From sequence record LC768500.1: a stretch of 64,000 bases of DNA; one strand, given 5' to 3'. Position 1 is the stretch's first letter. Each line of letters opens with the position of its first letter. The notes under the pieces are model-generated. The model worked only from the letters and a program-made list of their open reading frames with translations. It had not been told where the DNA came from and ran no database searches. Source of the DNA: Klebsiella phage phiKp_32. The position numbers and the translations under genes are program-made. Positions 55,897 through 64,000 of the stretch are shown here, one piece after another.

Positions 55897-57033
55897 ATGT
55901 TTATTTCTAAACGAGGTAAACTCCGGCTCTATAAAGAGGACGTGGAGTTAGTTAATCGCACCTTTGGTTGTCGGAGATTTGTATGGAATCAATTATTGGG
56001 TTTACACAAAGAGCGATATGAAAAATGGAAGGAAAATAATAACTTAGAAAAACCCACAGTTTCTATTTCTGCATTGAGAGAAGATTTTAAACGTATTAGA
56101 TCGGAGCATTCTTGGTTAAATGAAGTAAGTTCTGTTGCTTTATATGAGACCATTACTGATCTTTATAATGCCTTTCAACGCTTCTTCAATAATCAATCCG
56201 GTTACCCTAAGTTTAAATCTAAGAGAGGCGCGCAGACTTTTCGTATCACCTCTAGGGTCAACCTGCGGGTCGAGGGTAATATGGTTAGGTTACCCAAATC
56301 CAATTGTTATTCGATATTCTCTAAAAATACTGTCTTAAATGATCCTTCTTCTTATACCGTTACTAGGGATAGCGTAGGCGATTATTTCATCTCTTTCGTA
56401 GACCAAATTGATGAGATAGAGCCAGAACCCGAAAGTAAGGGCAAACATGTAGGGATCGATTTAGGAATTAAATCCTTAGCGATTGTTAAACCTAGTAAGG
56501 GAGAACCTTGGGAATTAATCAACCCTAGAACGTATACGAAATATCAAAAACGCAGAACGACGCTACAACGCCGTTTAATGAAAAAGAAGAAAGGGAGTAA
56601 AAACAGAAACAAAGCTAGAATTAAATTAGCGAAGTTAGAACGTAAAGTTGCTAATATTCGTAAAGATCTTTTACACAAATTTACGACTACACTGATTAAA
56701 GAAAACCAAATGATCAGTATCGAAGATTTAAATGTAAAAGGGATGTTAAAAAACCATAGCTTGGCTAAACATATTCAGGATTGTTCTTTTGGTACAATTA
56801 GAACGATGCTGGAATATAAAGCTAAACGTTATACTCGAAATAAAACGATCACCATCGTTAATCGGTTCTTTGCAAGCACTCAACTTTGTTCTCAGTGCGG
56901 TGTTCTCCCTAAAGAGCGTATCGGACTTAAAATCAGGAACTGGGTATGTTGGAACTGCGGCACTAAACACGATAGAGATATTAACGCTGCTACGAATATC
57001 CTTAACCAAGGATTACGTTTAACAACCTCCTAG
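55897..57033 (+). CDS. tnpB: TnpB (IS605 OrfB), RuvC-like RNA-guided nuclease family
   Basis: N-terminus is LRLYKEDVELVNRTFGCRRFVWNQ. RuvC-I is HVGIDLGIKSLA and RuvC-II is ISIEDLNVKGM. The zinc ribbon is CSQCG...CWNCG and RuvC-III is HDRDINAATNIL. Confidence 0.85.
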   Translation: MFISKRGKLRLYKEDVELVNRTFGCRRFVWNQLLGLHKERYEKWKENNNLEKPTVSISALREDFKRIRSEHSWLNEVSSVALYETITDLYNAFQRFFNNQSGYPKFKSKRGAQTFRITSRVNLRVEGNMVRLPKSNCYSIFSKNTVLNDPSSYTVTRDSVGDYFISFVDQIDEIEPEPESKGKHVGIDLGIKSLAIVKPSKGEPWELINPRTYTKYQKRRTTLQRRLMKKKKGSKNRNKARIKLAKLERKVANIRKDLLHKFTTTLIKENQMISIEDLNVKGMLKNHSLAKHIQDCSFGTIRTMLEYKAKRYTRNKTITIVNRFFASTQLCSQCGVLPKERIGLKIRNWVCWNCGTKHDRDINAATNILNQGLRLTTS

Positions 57034-57250
57034 GTTAAGGGTATTTATTACCCTTGGTCTGAGGGGAAGTTAAGCCTGTGGAGACAAGTTGCAGTAAGGA
57101 CTTTCTATGAAGCAGGAAGTTGAAATATACAAGACATCTTACACTCACCCATGCAACCTGGAGAGAAACCCCGACTGAACAAAGTTGTTTATTCCTTCTC
57201 AGGGGAATAAACAGTTCGTCGGCTAAAGACATAGGATGTTTTATGATCAG
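56900..57250 (+). ncRNA. putative TnpB guide RNA (omega/right-end RNA) overlapping the tnpB 3' end and right-end hairpins
   Basis: Inferred from the known IS605 TnpB architecture. Hairpin AAGGGTATTTATTACCCTT lies immediately after the stop codon, and the 11-bp stem TTGTTTATTCC/GGAATAAACA lies at 57193-57221. Boundaries are not determinable by eye. Confidence 0.3.
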
Positions 57251-57308
57251 TAAAGAAATACGATAATCTAAACTTATTAGTTCAAACACTGTAATCTAGG
57301 AGATAACC

Positions 57309-57425
57309 ATGAATATCGTAATGCCACTAAAGCTACTCGGAGGGTTACTTATCCTGGGAGTGGGTTTTGGATTACTGGTTTATCTCATCGTTAAACTCTC
57401 TGTTAAAATGGCGTATAAGAAATGA
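57309..57425 (+). CDS. small hydrophobic peptide (38 aa, single TM), not in the ORF track
   Basis: GGAG RBS at 57298. Translated as MNIVMPLKLLGGLLILGVGFGLLVYLIVKLSVKMAYKK. Its stop overlaps the next start (ATGA). Confidence 0.3.
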   Translation: MNIVMPLKLLGGLLILGVGFGLLVYLIVKLSVKMAYKK

Positions 57426-57889
57426 GTGAAGAAGAGTTATCATTAGGTTATATTTCAGTTAAAGTCATTCCCACTCAGGAAGACATTCTTAAAGATAAGG
57501 TGTTGGATGCGGGATGTCTTCCGTTAGATGAAGGGGCATATCACGCTACTCTTATTTTTGATATTCATCAAGATGGCGTGATCCCTAACGTACCTATGAT
57601 CCCTGAAAAGATCTTCGAGGGAAAGGTTATTGGAATCAAGGAACTCGGAGAGCGTAAAGGAGATATTATCTCAGCCGTTGTACTCGAACTGGATTCTCCT
57701 GAATTGACAGAAGAGCATGATCGGTTAATACAATGTGGGTATGGTCATTCCTATCCGGATTACATCCCCCATATTTCGCTCGCTTACAAGGTCACAGAAG
57801 AGCAAATGGAAGATCTCAAACGACAGTGTGAGTCGCTTATTGGTAAAACGTTCTACTTATCCGGAGAGAGCATCGACTGGATAGATTAA
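57422..57889 (+). CDS. 2H phosphoesterase family protein (Acb1-like anti-CBASS candidate / LigT-like)
   Basis: Two H-x-T/S-x motifs in hydrophobic context (AYHATLIF and PHISLAY), spaced as in 2H enzymes. The size (155 aa) matches phage Acb1-type cyclic-nucleotide phosphodiesterases. Confidence 0.55.
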   Translation: MSEEELSLGYISVKVIPTQEDILKDKVLDAGCLPLDEGAYHATLIFDIHQDGVIPNVPMIPEKIFEGKVIGIKELGERKGDIISAVVLELDSPELTEEHDRLIQCGYGHSYPDYIPHISLAYKVTEEQMEDLKRQCESLIGKTFYLSGESIDWID

Positions 57890-57902
57890 GAGGTAAAGGG
57901 GT

Positions 57903-58331
57903 ATGTCTGATAAACTTACTGTATCACTTTTTAAGCTTATAAAAAACCATACTGGGTTAACGTTAAAGGAAGGCGAATTCTCTTTAACGGGAGAAAGACC
58001 CTTTTGGTTCAGAATACCTCCTTTCTCCCTTAACCCCAGTTCAAGAGATAGATTGAGAGATCTCTTTCAAGATAACTTTGATGTGACTGTAGTTGATTAT
58101 GTCGACGATTACCAGATCATATTCAGCCAAATTGAACCAACAACTTCTCGTCGTATAAAACGAGTCAGGAACATCCTAGATGTGTTAGAAAGAGAGTACG
58201 GTAGAAACTGTCTCAGACCAGAAACTGGTAGAATCTTGAGCGGATATTACTCTACTCATAAAGACAGAATAGAACAGGAAGAACTTGCTTATAATAAAAA
58301 GATTTTAAATGAAGCTTTACGACGACGTTAA
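57903..58331 (+). CDS. hypothetical protein (basic C-terminus)
   Basis: 142-aa ORF with a GAGG RBS. Confidence 0.5.
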   Translation: MSDKLTVSLFKLIKNHTGLTLKEGEFSLTGERPFWFRIPPFSLNPSSRDRLRDLFQDNFDVTVVDYVDDYQIIFSQIEPTTSRRIKRVRNILDVLEREYGRNCLRPETGRILSGYYSTHKDRIEQEELAYNKKILNEALRRR

Positions 58332-58372
58332 TCTTATGCAATATTTTTAATCTTAAAACGTGGGGTGGGTAA

Positions 58373-58696
58373 ATGACGTACGATGAAGTCGAGAAATATC
58401 TGGAAATGGGAGAGGCTATCTCTAAGGGTAGTTGGAAAGCTAACGAAGCGGTTTATTTAGAGCCGACGACGTTACTTAATCCAGCGCACTATCCTGAGTG
58501 TTTAAAGGCCGCGGGTATTAACTCCCTTTTGAGAGTCGATCGACATTTAGTGCGTGTTACCGCGAGTAACACTGTTGAGCGTTTTATTCCCAACATTGTA
58601 GAAAGAAAAGAAAACGATTGGTACGTTAAGAGTTATACCTTCGAACAAAATAAAGCATTGCCAGAACATAATCAAACCCAAGAAGAAGCTGCATAA
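58373..58696 (+). CDS. DUF2829-like protein (Tad2-type anti-Thoeris sponge candidate)
   Basis: The N-terminal pattern YDEVEKYLEMGEAISKGSW resembles the DUF2829 helix-G-x-W opening (F-x-EAL-x-ALKEGKKVRRxGW). ENDWYV near the C-terminus resembles the conserved AEDWEIV. The match is weak and by eye only. Confidence 0.3.
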   Translation: MTYDEVEKYLEMGEAISKGSWKANEAVYLEPTTLLNPAHYPECLKAAGINSLLRVDRHLVRVTASNTVERFIPNIVERKENDWYVKSYTFEQNKALPEHNQTQEEAA

Positions 58697-58725
58697 TAAC
58701 ACCCCCCCCCCTACACTTAGATTTT

Positions 58726-58790
58726 AACCAGGAGAGGCTTACGCCTCTCCTGGTTTATTTTACTTGTATTCTTTTTTGGATCGATATTAT
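58726..58790 (+). terminator. terminator
   Basis: AACCAGGAGAGGC / GCCTCTCCTGGTT stem with a TTAC loop, then a T-rich tail ending in a T6 run. Confidence 0.75.
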
Positions 58791-58829
58791 TTATGTGTAA
58801 ACCTCAATAACTTTTTAGGAATCAACATC

Positions 58830-59045
58830 ATGAATGGTCTTTTTGGAACAGGTTGCTTGTTGTTAGGTGCTGCGGTGTATTTCTTCCTGAAGTACCTGGA
58901 ACTGCGTAAAGATTTTAAAGAGAATAAGATTAAAGACAAGGGTCGGGCGTCTGGGTATAAAAATGCCTATTTCTCTTTAACCATTTGCGTTTTGGGTCTG
59001 GGCGTCTTTTTAATGGTTAATGGGACTCTGTTGGAGATCAGATAA
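58830..59045 (+). CDS. small two-TM membrane protein
   Basis: Start moved to ATG 58830 because the upstream part of the ORF is a terminator hairpin. It has two hydrophobic segments and its stop overlaps the next ATG. Confidence 0.4.
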   Translation: MNGLFGTGCLLLGAAVYFFLKYLELRKDFKENKIKDKGRASGYKNAYFSLTICVLGLGVFLMVNGTLLEIR

Positions 59046-59512
59046 TGGATATCGTTATGCTGACCGACGCAGAAACAGTTTTGGATGTCGTCGATGCAGA
59101 GGAATACTATCTTCCTACGGGAATTATGCGGCATTGGATACAGATGGCTATCCGAAGAGGGCCTGGGCATTGTAGGGCATTTTGGTTTGAAGGTGGGATC
59201 TTTGTTTTGACCAAAATACCCTTAACAGGTAGTAATACATGGAACGCTTCGATTTGGATTTCTGAAGATTACAGGCGAAAAGGACTGGCCAAGCGAATAA
59301 CAGTTTTGGCTTTGGATATGTTCAGACTGGCTAACGCGACTCTACGTTTCCATCCTTGGGATCAGCGTAGCGTTGCATTCTTTTCTAATTTGGTTAACGA
59401 GGGATTGTTGACCGGGAAGAATTTTGGGGATATTGGGTCCAGACGTCTTTTATCGTCTGAACTCCTTAAAGATCCGGAAACCTTTACATCCCAGCGCGTT
59501 GAGCTGGTTTAA
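59045..59512 (+). CDS. GNAT-like acetyltransferase-fold protein (tentative)
   Basis: YRRKGLAKRI resembles GNAT motif A (R-x-x-G-x-A). The call is tentative. Confidence 0.35.
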   Translation: MDIVMLTDAETVLDVVDAEEYYLPTGIMRHWIQMAIRRGPGHCRAFWFEGGIFVLTKIPLTGSNTWNASIWISEDYRRKGLAKRITVLALDMFRLANATLRFHPWDQRSVAFFSNLVNEGLLTGKNFGDIGSRRLLSSELLKDPETFTSQRVELV

Positions 59513-59536
59513 TCTTTCATAGTAAGAGGTAATAAA

Positions 59537-59917
59537 ATGGACCGTAACGAATTAGCGATTATTCTCATCGATCAACTTAACAAATTCCTTTACCCTAAAC
59601 TTGAGAAAACCAATATGACGAAATTTTGTCTATTGGGAACGCTGAGCCTTGAGGTCGTCACCGGTCAGTTTTATGATCATAAAACATGCGTGGGGTCGGA
59701 GGATATCCTTGCATTGCTCAAAGAGCACGGGATTAACGACGATGGATTCTTAAGCGTAGAAAAACGACTATCGGCCTTTGGCGATATTCTGACTTCCTAT
59801 TCTTATAGAGTTCTAGGGGATCGTTATGGTGATGCTTTTGTTACCGTGAATTTCAATTTGAATTTAACCAATCTTAACATGCTTGAGTTCGCTAATGAAC
59901 TCGCGCGCTACGAATAA
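59537..59917 (+). CDS. hypothetical protein
   Basis: 126-aa ORF with an AAGAGG RBS. Confidence 0.5.
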   Translation: MDRNELAIILIDQLNKFLYPKLEKTNMTKFCLLGTLSLEVVTGQFYDHKTCVGSEDILALLKEHGINDDGFLSVEKRLSAFGDILTSYSYRVLGDRYGDAFVTVNFNLNLTNLNMLEFANELARYE

Positions 59918-59962
59918 ATCATAATCCCGTCAATTTATTTTATACTTTTAGGAAACGCCATC

Positions 59963-60853
59963 ATGAACATCAATCAACTGCCAGAGAATCATCACGTCAT
60001 TTCTTCTATGGTCAATCCGTTTGACCCTAACGAAGAATTGTTCTTCGTTACCCATCCTCGTGTAAATACTTACTTGGATCTCGACGTCTGGTTCTGTGAT
60101 ATGGGTACCGGGGATATGAGAGTTGTCGAACCCTACGGCAAAGTGTCCGACGTTCGGTTATTTCCCCATATGGAAAAACACGTGTCCGACAATTCGGTTG
60201 AGTTTCTTTACCCCACAGTGATCACCCCTCTTAGTCTCCGAGAAACAGTTCTAAAAGTAGAGGATATCCTCGCTGGTGATAAACTTAATCCATTTCCATT
60301 ATCTGGAAGCGGGGCTGATCCGATGAGTGGATGGCGCTCAGACCCCCACGGAGTGAAAAGGAATATTCAAAAATTACCAGACGCTCTTGATTTATTAACC
60401 GATGAACAGCAAGAAAATTCTTTCCCTCTCGAAAGTCTTAACACCAGTAAAGCTCTTCATCACCCTTCCCCAGAAGAAATATCTGATGGGGCTAATAAGG
60501 AGTACGAGGCGAGGAAAGCAGCTTTGAAAGAACTGCTGGAAAGCGGAGGTGAGATTAAACCAATTCCGAAAACGGTTTACTACACTAAAGAGTTTTCTGA
60601 TGCTTTAGAGGACGTCCGCGCTGAACAGAGAGAGGCGACCGACCAACAAAGTTCCAAAATCCCCACTGAGTCTAGCGTAACCGTGACTGACCTTGGTGAC
60701 GGATTTTCAAGGATAGAAAAAACAATCGGGGGAAGAACCTTGGTAAGTTACGATGAAAAGGCTCACATTCCTTTTCCAAGAAAGCGCAAGCCCAAGAAAC
60801 CCAACCATAATCTTAACGCGATCATGGGTTTGTTAGCGAGGGCCAAGAAGTGA
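59963..60853 (+). CDS. hypothetical protein with disordered acidic/basic C-terminal half
   Basis: 296-aa ORF whose ATGA couples it to the next gene. Confidence 0.55.
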   Translation: MNINQLPENHHVISSMVNPFDPNEELFFVTHPRVNTYLDLDVWFCDMGTGDMRVVEPYGKVSDVRLFPHMEKHVSDNSVEFLYPTVITPLSLRETVLKVEDILAGDKLNPFPLSGSGADPMSGWRSDPHGVKRNIQKLPDALDLLTDEQQENSFPLESLNTSKALHHPSPEEISDGANKEYEARKAALKELLESGGEIKPIPKTVYYTKEFSDALEDVRAEQREATDQQSSKIPTESSVTVTDLGDGFSRIEKTIGGRTLVSYDEKAHIPFPRKRKPKKPNHNLNAIMGLLARAKK

Positions 60854-61224
60854 CAGAAATGTATCAGAGTTGGGTCACTGAGTTTAAAAAATCGGTCAGC
60901 GAGCTCAAAGAAGTCGAATCGGCCGGCTACGGCAAATATCGTTTAGGCGTGCAGGATCCGCCAGGAAAGCCCTACGTCCTGGTAGAAGTAAAAACCTCCG
61001 ATTGTGCATACACGCCCAACTATTCGTTGGACCTTGTGAAAACGATTAAGATTCCAAAACCTAAAGGGTTGAGGTTATCGGTAGAACGTCGTATTCGGTT
61101 AGTGGGATATCTTTTAGAAATCGGCGTGTTTAATTTACTCACTCAGGCCGAATGGGGGATGATCTTTAATGTCTCTCGTGGATCCATTTGGCATTATAAG
61201 AAACAGAACGAGGAATTACTATGA
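60850..61224 (+). CDS. hypothetical protein
   Basis: 124-aa ORF, translationally coupled. Confidence 0.5.
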   Translation: MTEMYQSWVTEFKKSVSELKEVESAGYGKYRLGVQDPPGKPYVLVEVKTSDCAYTPNYSLDLVKTIKIPKPKGLRLSVERRIRLVGYLLEIGVFNLLTQAEWGMIFNVSRGSIWHYKKQNEELL

Positions 61225-61535
61225 AGATTTATGCTGTAGTTAGTAAGGAAACTGATAATGTGATCGCTCAGTTTCTCGATCACGGGACGGAGAAAGTCAA
61301 GTTCAACGGGATCAAATTGGGGATCTTGGATCAACAGGTTCATCCAGATGAAAGAGAACTGCTGAAAGTCGTAGAGGTTTATCTTTCATCTTCAAAGGGA
61401 AAGATGGATCAGACGAAACAACTCGATTCCGACACGTTTATTGTTGAGAGCCTCAGTTATTATGAGGAGGTTGATTTTGTCTATCTATCTCGTAACCCTG
61501 AGCGTGACATCGCTCTGTGCACACCAAAGGAATAA
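61221..61535 (+). CDS. hypothetical protein
   Basis: 104-aa ORF, translationally coupled. Confidence 0.5.
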   Translation: MKIYAVVSKETDNVIAQFLDHGTEKVKFNGIKLGILDQQVHPDERELLKVVEVYLSSSKGKMDQTKQLDSDTFIVESLSYYEEVDFVYLSRNPERDIALCTPKE

Positions 61536-61537
61536 CG

Positions 61538-61903
61538 ATGCCCGAGATTGTAACCGCTTTTAGTGCTTGGGAATCGAAGTTCGTTTCCAGTTTAAATGAA
61601 ATGGAAAATTTTCTGAAGACTCCGCCCGAACACACCAAAATCGAATCGACGATCAAAGGGACCAAACACGGTGTTTGGATTACGTTACTTTATTTCAAAG
61701 ACCGGGACGTTGTTCTAGGTAGAAGTTTCTCTATCACCAAGTGTCCCATCTACGTTGCGAATAACGTTGTGAGAACCAAACTGATTCGTCATATCGCGGA
61801 CCGTGGATTAGAGTCAATTGTTTCGATGACTCGGTGGGGCAATATCTTAGGAATGAGTTCCGCTACCACCATCCGTTCTTTTAAAGAAGTTAAAACTCAA
61901 TAA
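61538..61903 (+). CDS. hypothetical protein
   Basis: Start set at MPEIVTAF after an AAGGAATAA RBS. The ORF opens upstream at 61517. Confidence 0.45.
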   Translation: MPEIVTAFSAWESKFVSSLNEMENFLKTPPEHTKIESTIKGTKHGVWITLLYFKDRDVVLGRSFSITKCPIYVANNVVRTKLIRHIADRGLESIVSMTRWGNILGMSSATTIRSFKEVKTQ

Positions 61904-61934
61904 CCTTTCAATACCTTTATTTAGGAAAAATATC

Positions 61935-62462
61935 ATGGGCAAACATTTTGCAGAAGATTTTAAATTAATGCTAGATCTTCACCAGCGCGTACCAGTTGAA
62001 GTGCTCAGGACCTCAGACCAGGTTAAAGCCGCAGTTAAGGTTATCGTAGACACTGTGTCTAAAATCAACGAAGCTCACCCTAGCAAACTCTTACAATCAG
62101 GGTTTGTTATCACGGGATCTCATATTGCAAAAAATACTGATTTTGTTATTGAGCAAACCGAGCTTAAGTTAGTATTATCAGAAATAGTGAGTTCTTCTTG
62201 TTACCGTGTAAAGATTGATCTGGTGAACACGAAAAATGACCGTCCTTCCGCGGCGGACCACCACATCCTATCCGAAGCTATTTTACTAGCTTCAGATATT
62301 TATGCGGTCTCCCCCTCTGGGGTTAGAGTGAATGATAAACATACCCCCAACCTATGTTTAGCAAATCATTTACAAGAAAGTTTTAAAATGTATTCTTGCG
62401 AAGCTTTCGTTAATATCAACCCCTACGCGATAGACATCCTCTTCCCTATCGTTTCATTATAA
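61935..62462 (+). CDS. hypothetical protein
   Basis: 175-aa ORF. Confidence 0.5.
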   Translation: MGKHFAEDFKLMLDLHQRVPVEVLRTSDQVKAAVKVIVDTVSKINEAHPSKLLQSGFVITGSHIAKNTDFVIEQTELKLVLSEIVSSSCYRVKIDLVNTKNDRPSAADHHILSEAILLASDIYAVSPSGVRVNDKHTPNLCLANHLQESFKMYSCEAFVNINPYAIDILFPIVSL

Positions 62463-62493
62463 TCAAAAATCTCCGTACCCTACCTAAATAAGG

Positions 62494-62847
62494 ATGAATA
62501 AAATGAGCACATTTCTGTTAGTTGTATCTGGCTGGTTCGCTCTGTCTGTTATCTGTGTCGCTGGCTACTCCTTCGTAAGAGAGGGGTGGAAAAAAGAAGA
62601 TCTCTCTTGGTCGGAGTTTATTAAACAAAGCACGATCTCCGCTAACGTCATTAAAGATAAAGCGGCTCATAAACCTCACGATGTGACGTTGGCTGATTTC
62701 TTAAGCTCCGAAGAAGTTAAACCTTGGTTAAAAGGTTTTGACTACGACGTTGAAGAGAAAACCGGTTCTTACGTTATTACGTTGAGAACCCCGTCTCACG
62801 CAAGAGATTTCCTGCTACCACGACAGCTCTTTCCTAATGCCGCATAA
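62494..62847 (+). CDS. membrane-anchored hypothetical protein
   Basis: N-terminal TM segment (FLLVVSGWFALSVICVAGYSF) with an AAGGATG RBS. A palindromic terminator follows. Confidence 0.5.
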   Translation: MNKMSTFLLVVSGWFALSVICVAGYSFVREGWKKEDLSWSEFIKQSTISANVIKDKAAHKPHDVTLADFLSSEEVKPWLKGFDYDVEEKTGSYVITLRTPSHARDFLLPRQLFPNAA

Positions 62848-62854
62848 AACAGTA

Positions 62855-62908
62855 TAGTCCATCCCCTAGGGGATGGACTATACTCAACATTTCATTTTTT
62901 TTTTTCAC
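62855..62908 (+). terminator. terminator (perfect 30-bp palindrome)
   Basis: TATAGTCCATCCCCTAGGGGATGGACTATA followed by a T11 run. Confidence 0.85.
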
Positions 62909-62997
62909 TAACGAATTTTATGCTTTGAAGACCGAGTATGTGGGACGCCGCATAAACGTAATCATACATGTATGCTTATTGGTGAAAAGAGGACATT

Positions 62998-64000
62998 ATG
63001 ACCACACCTACCCAATTACCGATTCCCAGCAATAACTTGCTGGATTCGAGATTTAACTTTGAAAAGCTCGATCAGATTGTTAATAGCGACGCGAACTATT
63101 ACCTTGATCGATTTGGTAAACAACGACTCACCTCGGCCGGATTGGAAGATTTAGCCAGACGATTATCTGAAGATTATGAATCCACCCTATCTAATCAGGA
63201 TGGGTATAAGAAAATGGGGATGGTGTCTGATTTTACTACTCTCAGAACTATCGCCCCAACAATGGAAGGTCAGCGCATTCTACTCAGGTCGGTCGACGCT
63301 GGTTCGAATAATGGATCGGGAGAGTTTATAGGACATTTAGGGAACGGTGGGGTTGACGACGGGGTTAATGTCGCGGTGGGATCCAACTTCTATTGGGAGA
63401 GACTTTCGACTGATTTTGTTAAATCTTCTTCTATAGGTGATTACGCCCGGATTAACTCCTTTATTTCAGCCGGAAATAAGAAGATCACTGTCGATGCCGA
63501 TCTCAGCGGGTGGCTTAACGTCAAAAGTAACACCACGATAACTTTTAACCCATTGTGTCGGCTGATACCTGATACCGATGACAAAGTAGGTATAAGTATT
63601 AGAGGAGCCGCCCCAACCTCCTATGTTAATCTAGCTACTGATGCATTAGGGATAGATGGCTCAATTACCACCACTAATGACGTTTTTAACATTGGCGATT
63701 GGTTGGAAATTAGATCCAACAAAATTCTTCCCGGCGCGAATTTTTATCAGGTTAAGCAATCTGTTTTACGCAAAGTGCTTCGTAAAACACAAAATGGAAA
63801 TGGAACTTGGACATACCGTCTCCACAGTAGTTTAGGTTATAACTTTAACGTCAGCGACGGTGCTTCCGCTGGGGTTGCGACAGTATTGGAAAATATTGTT
63901 ATCGATGGGGCTAACTTAAATAAAGACAATTTCACCAATATCTTCACCATAGGGATAAACTGTTATTACGTTTATAACCTCACTATAAAAAATATCAACC
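62998..64000 (+). CDS. tailspike/depolymerase-type tail fiber (5' partial; runs off the window)
   Basis: GAGGA RBS. After an N-terminal adaptor region come beta-helix rung signatures (NIVIDGANLNKDNF, YVYNLTIKNIN). There is no stop before the window end. Confidence 0.6.
   Translation, partial: MTTPTQLPIPSNNLLDSRFNFEKLDQIVNSDANYYLDRFGKQRLTSAGLEDLARRLSEDYESTLSNQDGYKKMGMVSDFTTLRTIAPTMEGQRILLRSVDAGSNNGSGEFIGHLGNGGVDDGVNVAVGSNFYWERLSTDFVKSSSIGDYARINSFISAGNKKITVDADLSGWLNVKSNTTITFNPLCRLIPDTDDKVGISIRGAAPTSYVNLATDALGIDGSITTTNDVFNIGDWLEIRSNKILPGANFYQVKQSVLRKVLRKTQNGNGTWTYRLHSSLGYNFNVSDGASAGVATVLENIVIDGANLNKDNFTNIFTIGINCYYVYNLTIKNIN

Larger units (their letters stand above)
55600..57290 (+). mobile_element. 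IS200/IS605-family element carrying only tnpB (IS1341-like); ends approximate
   Basis: An intact tnpB is flanked by a structured non-coding left region (nested hairpins with a GGCCTTCGGCC tetraloop stem) and a right region with stable hairpins at 57037-57055 and 57193-57221. No tnpA/HUH gene is present. Confidence 0.55.

Noticed and set aside
57035-57289. 84-aa minus-strand ORF downstream of tnpB
   Set aside because: It lies within the hairpin-rich right end of the IS element and has no RBS. The region is better explained as a structured RNA or transposon end.
58703-58711. C9 homopolymer immediately after the stop of the DUF2829-like gene
   Set aside because: It is intergenic and sits upstream of a terminator hairpin. 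No ORF would be joined by slippage, so it is probably a sequencing-prone tract and not a phase-variation switch.
1-64000. CRISPR arrays, rRNA and tRNA genes
   Set aside because: No regularly spaced direct repeats and no tRNA-like T-loop (GTTCGAATC-type) or acceptor structures were found in the intergenic regions. Intergenic spaces are short and are taken up by terminators.

Overview
This 64 kb window reads as a contiguous piece of a large virulent tailed phage (myovirus-like). Codon usage fits an enterobacterial host. The multi-fiber/depolymerase tail locus resembles Rak2-/phiK64-1-like Klebsiella jumbo phages, but that is inference only.

Layout, in order:
- 1-7.4 kb: three coupled unknown virion-type genes, a secreted moron, a free-standing HNH homing endonuclease, and a DnaB-family helicase on the minus strand.
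- 7.5-17.4 kb: head module. It holds a 728-aa major-capsid candidate recoded to host-optimal codons, three large unknown proteins, and three tandem glycine-zipper paralogs that are equally codon-optimised.
- 17.4-27.6 kb: a 987-aa portal candidate (minus strand), unknown structural genes, a RuvC-like resolvase, and an overlapped i-spanin/o-spanin pair.
- 27.6-42.3 kb: four giant tail fibers/tailspikes (935-1207 aa). They share N-terminal anchor motifs, and two share a C-terminal module. One carries a pectate-lyase-type beta-helix. A gpV/gp5-like baseplate spike with an HxH apex follows.
- 42.3-53.9 kb: an SbcC/Rad50-like ATPase with a CPEC zinc hook and no adjacent Mre11, a signal-peptide SLT transglycosylase, a HAD phosphatase, a full NAD+-dependent DNA ligase, RNase HI, and an HslU-like unfoldase without HslV.
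- 53.9-57.3 kb: small membrane-protein genes and a solo IS605-family TnpB element with flanking hairpins (putative omega-RNA).
- 57.3-62.9 kb: an accessory island of small genes, including a 2H phosphoesterase (Acb1-like anti-CBASS candidate), a DUF2829/Tad2-like candidate and a GNAT-like protein.
- From 62998: the start of a fifth beta-helix tailspike, running off the window.

Strong rho-independent terminators are numerous, and many belong to one CCCTACC/GGGTAGG hairpin family. No rRNA, tRNA or CRISPR array was seen.
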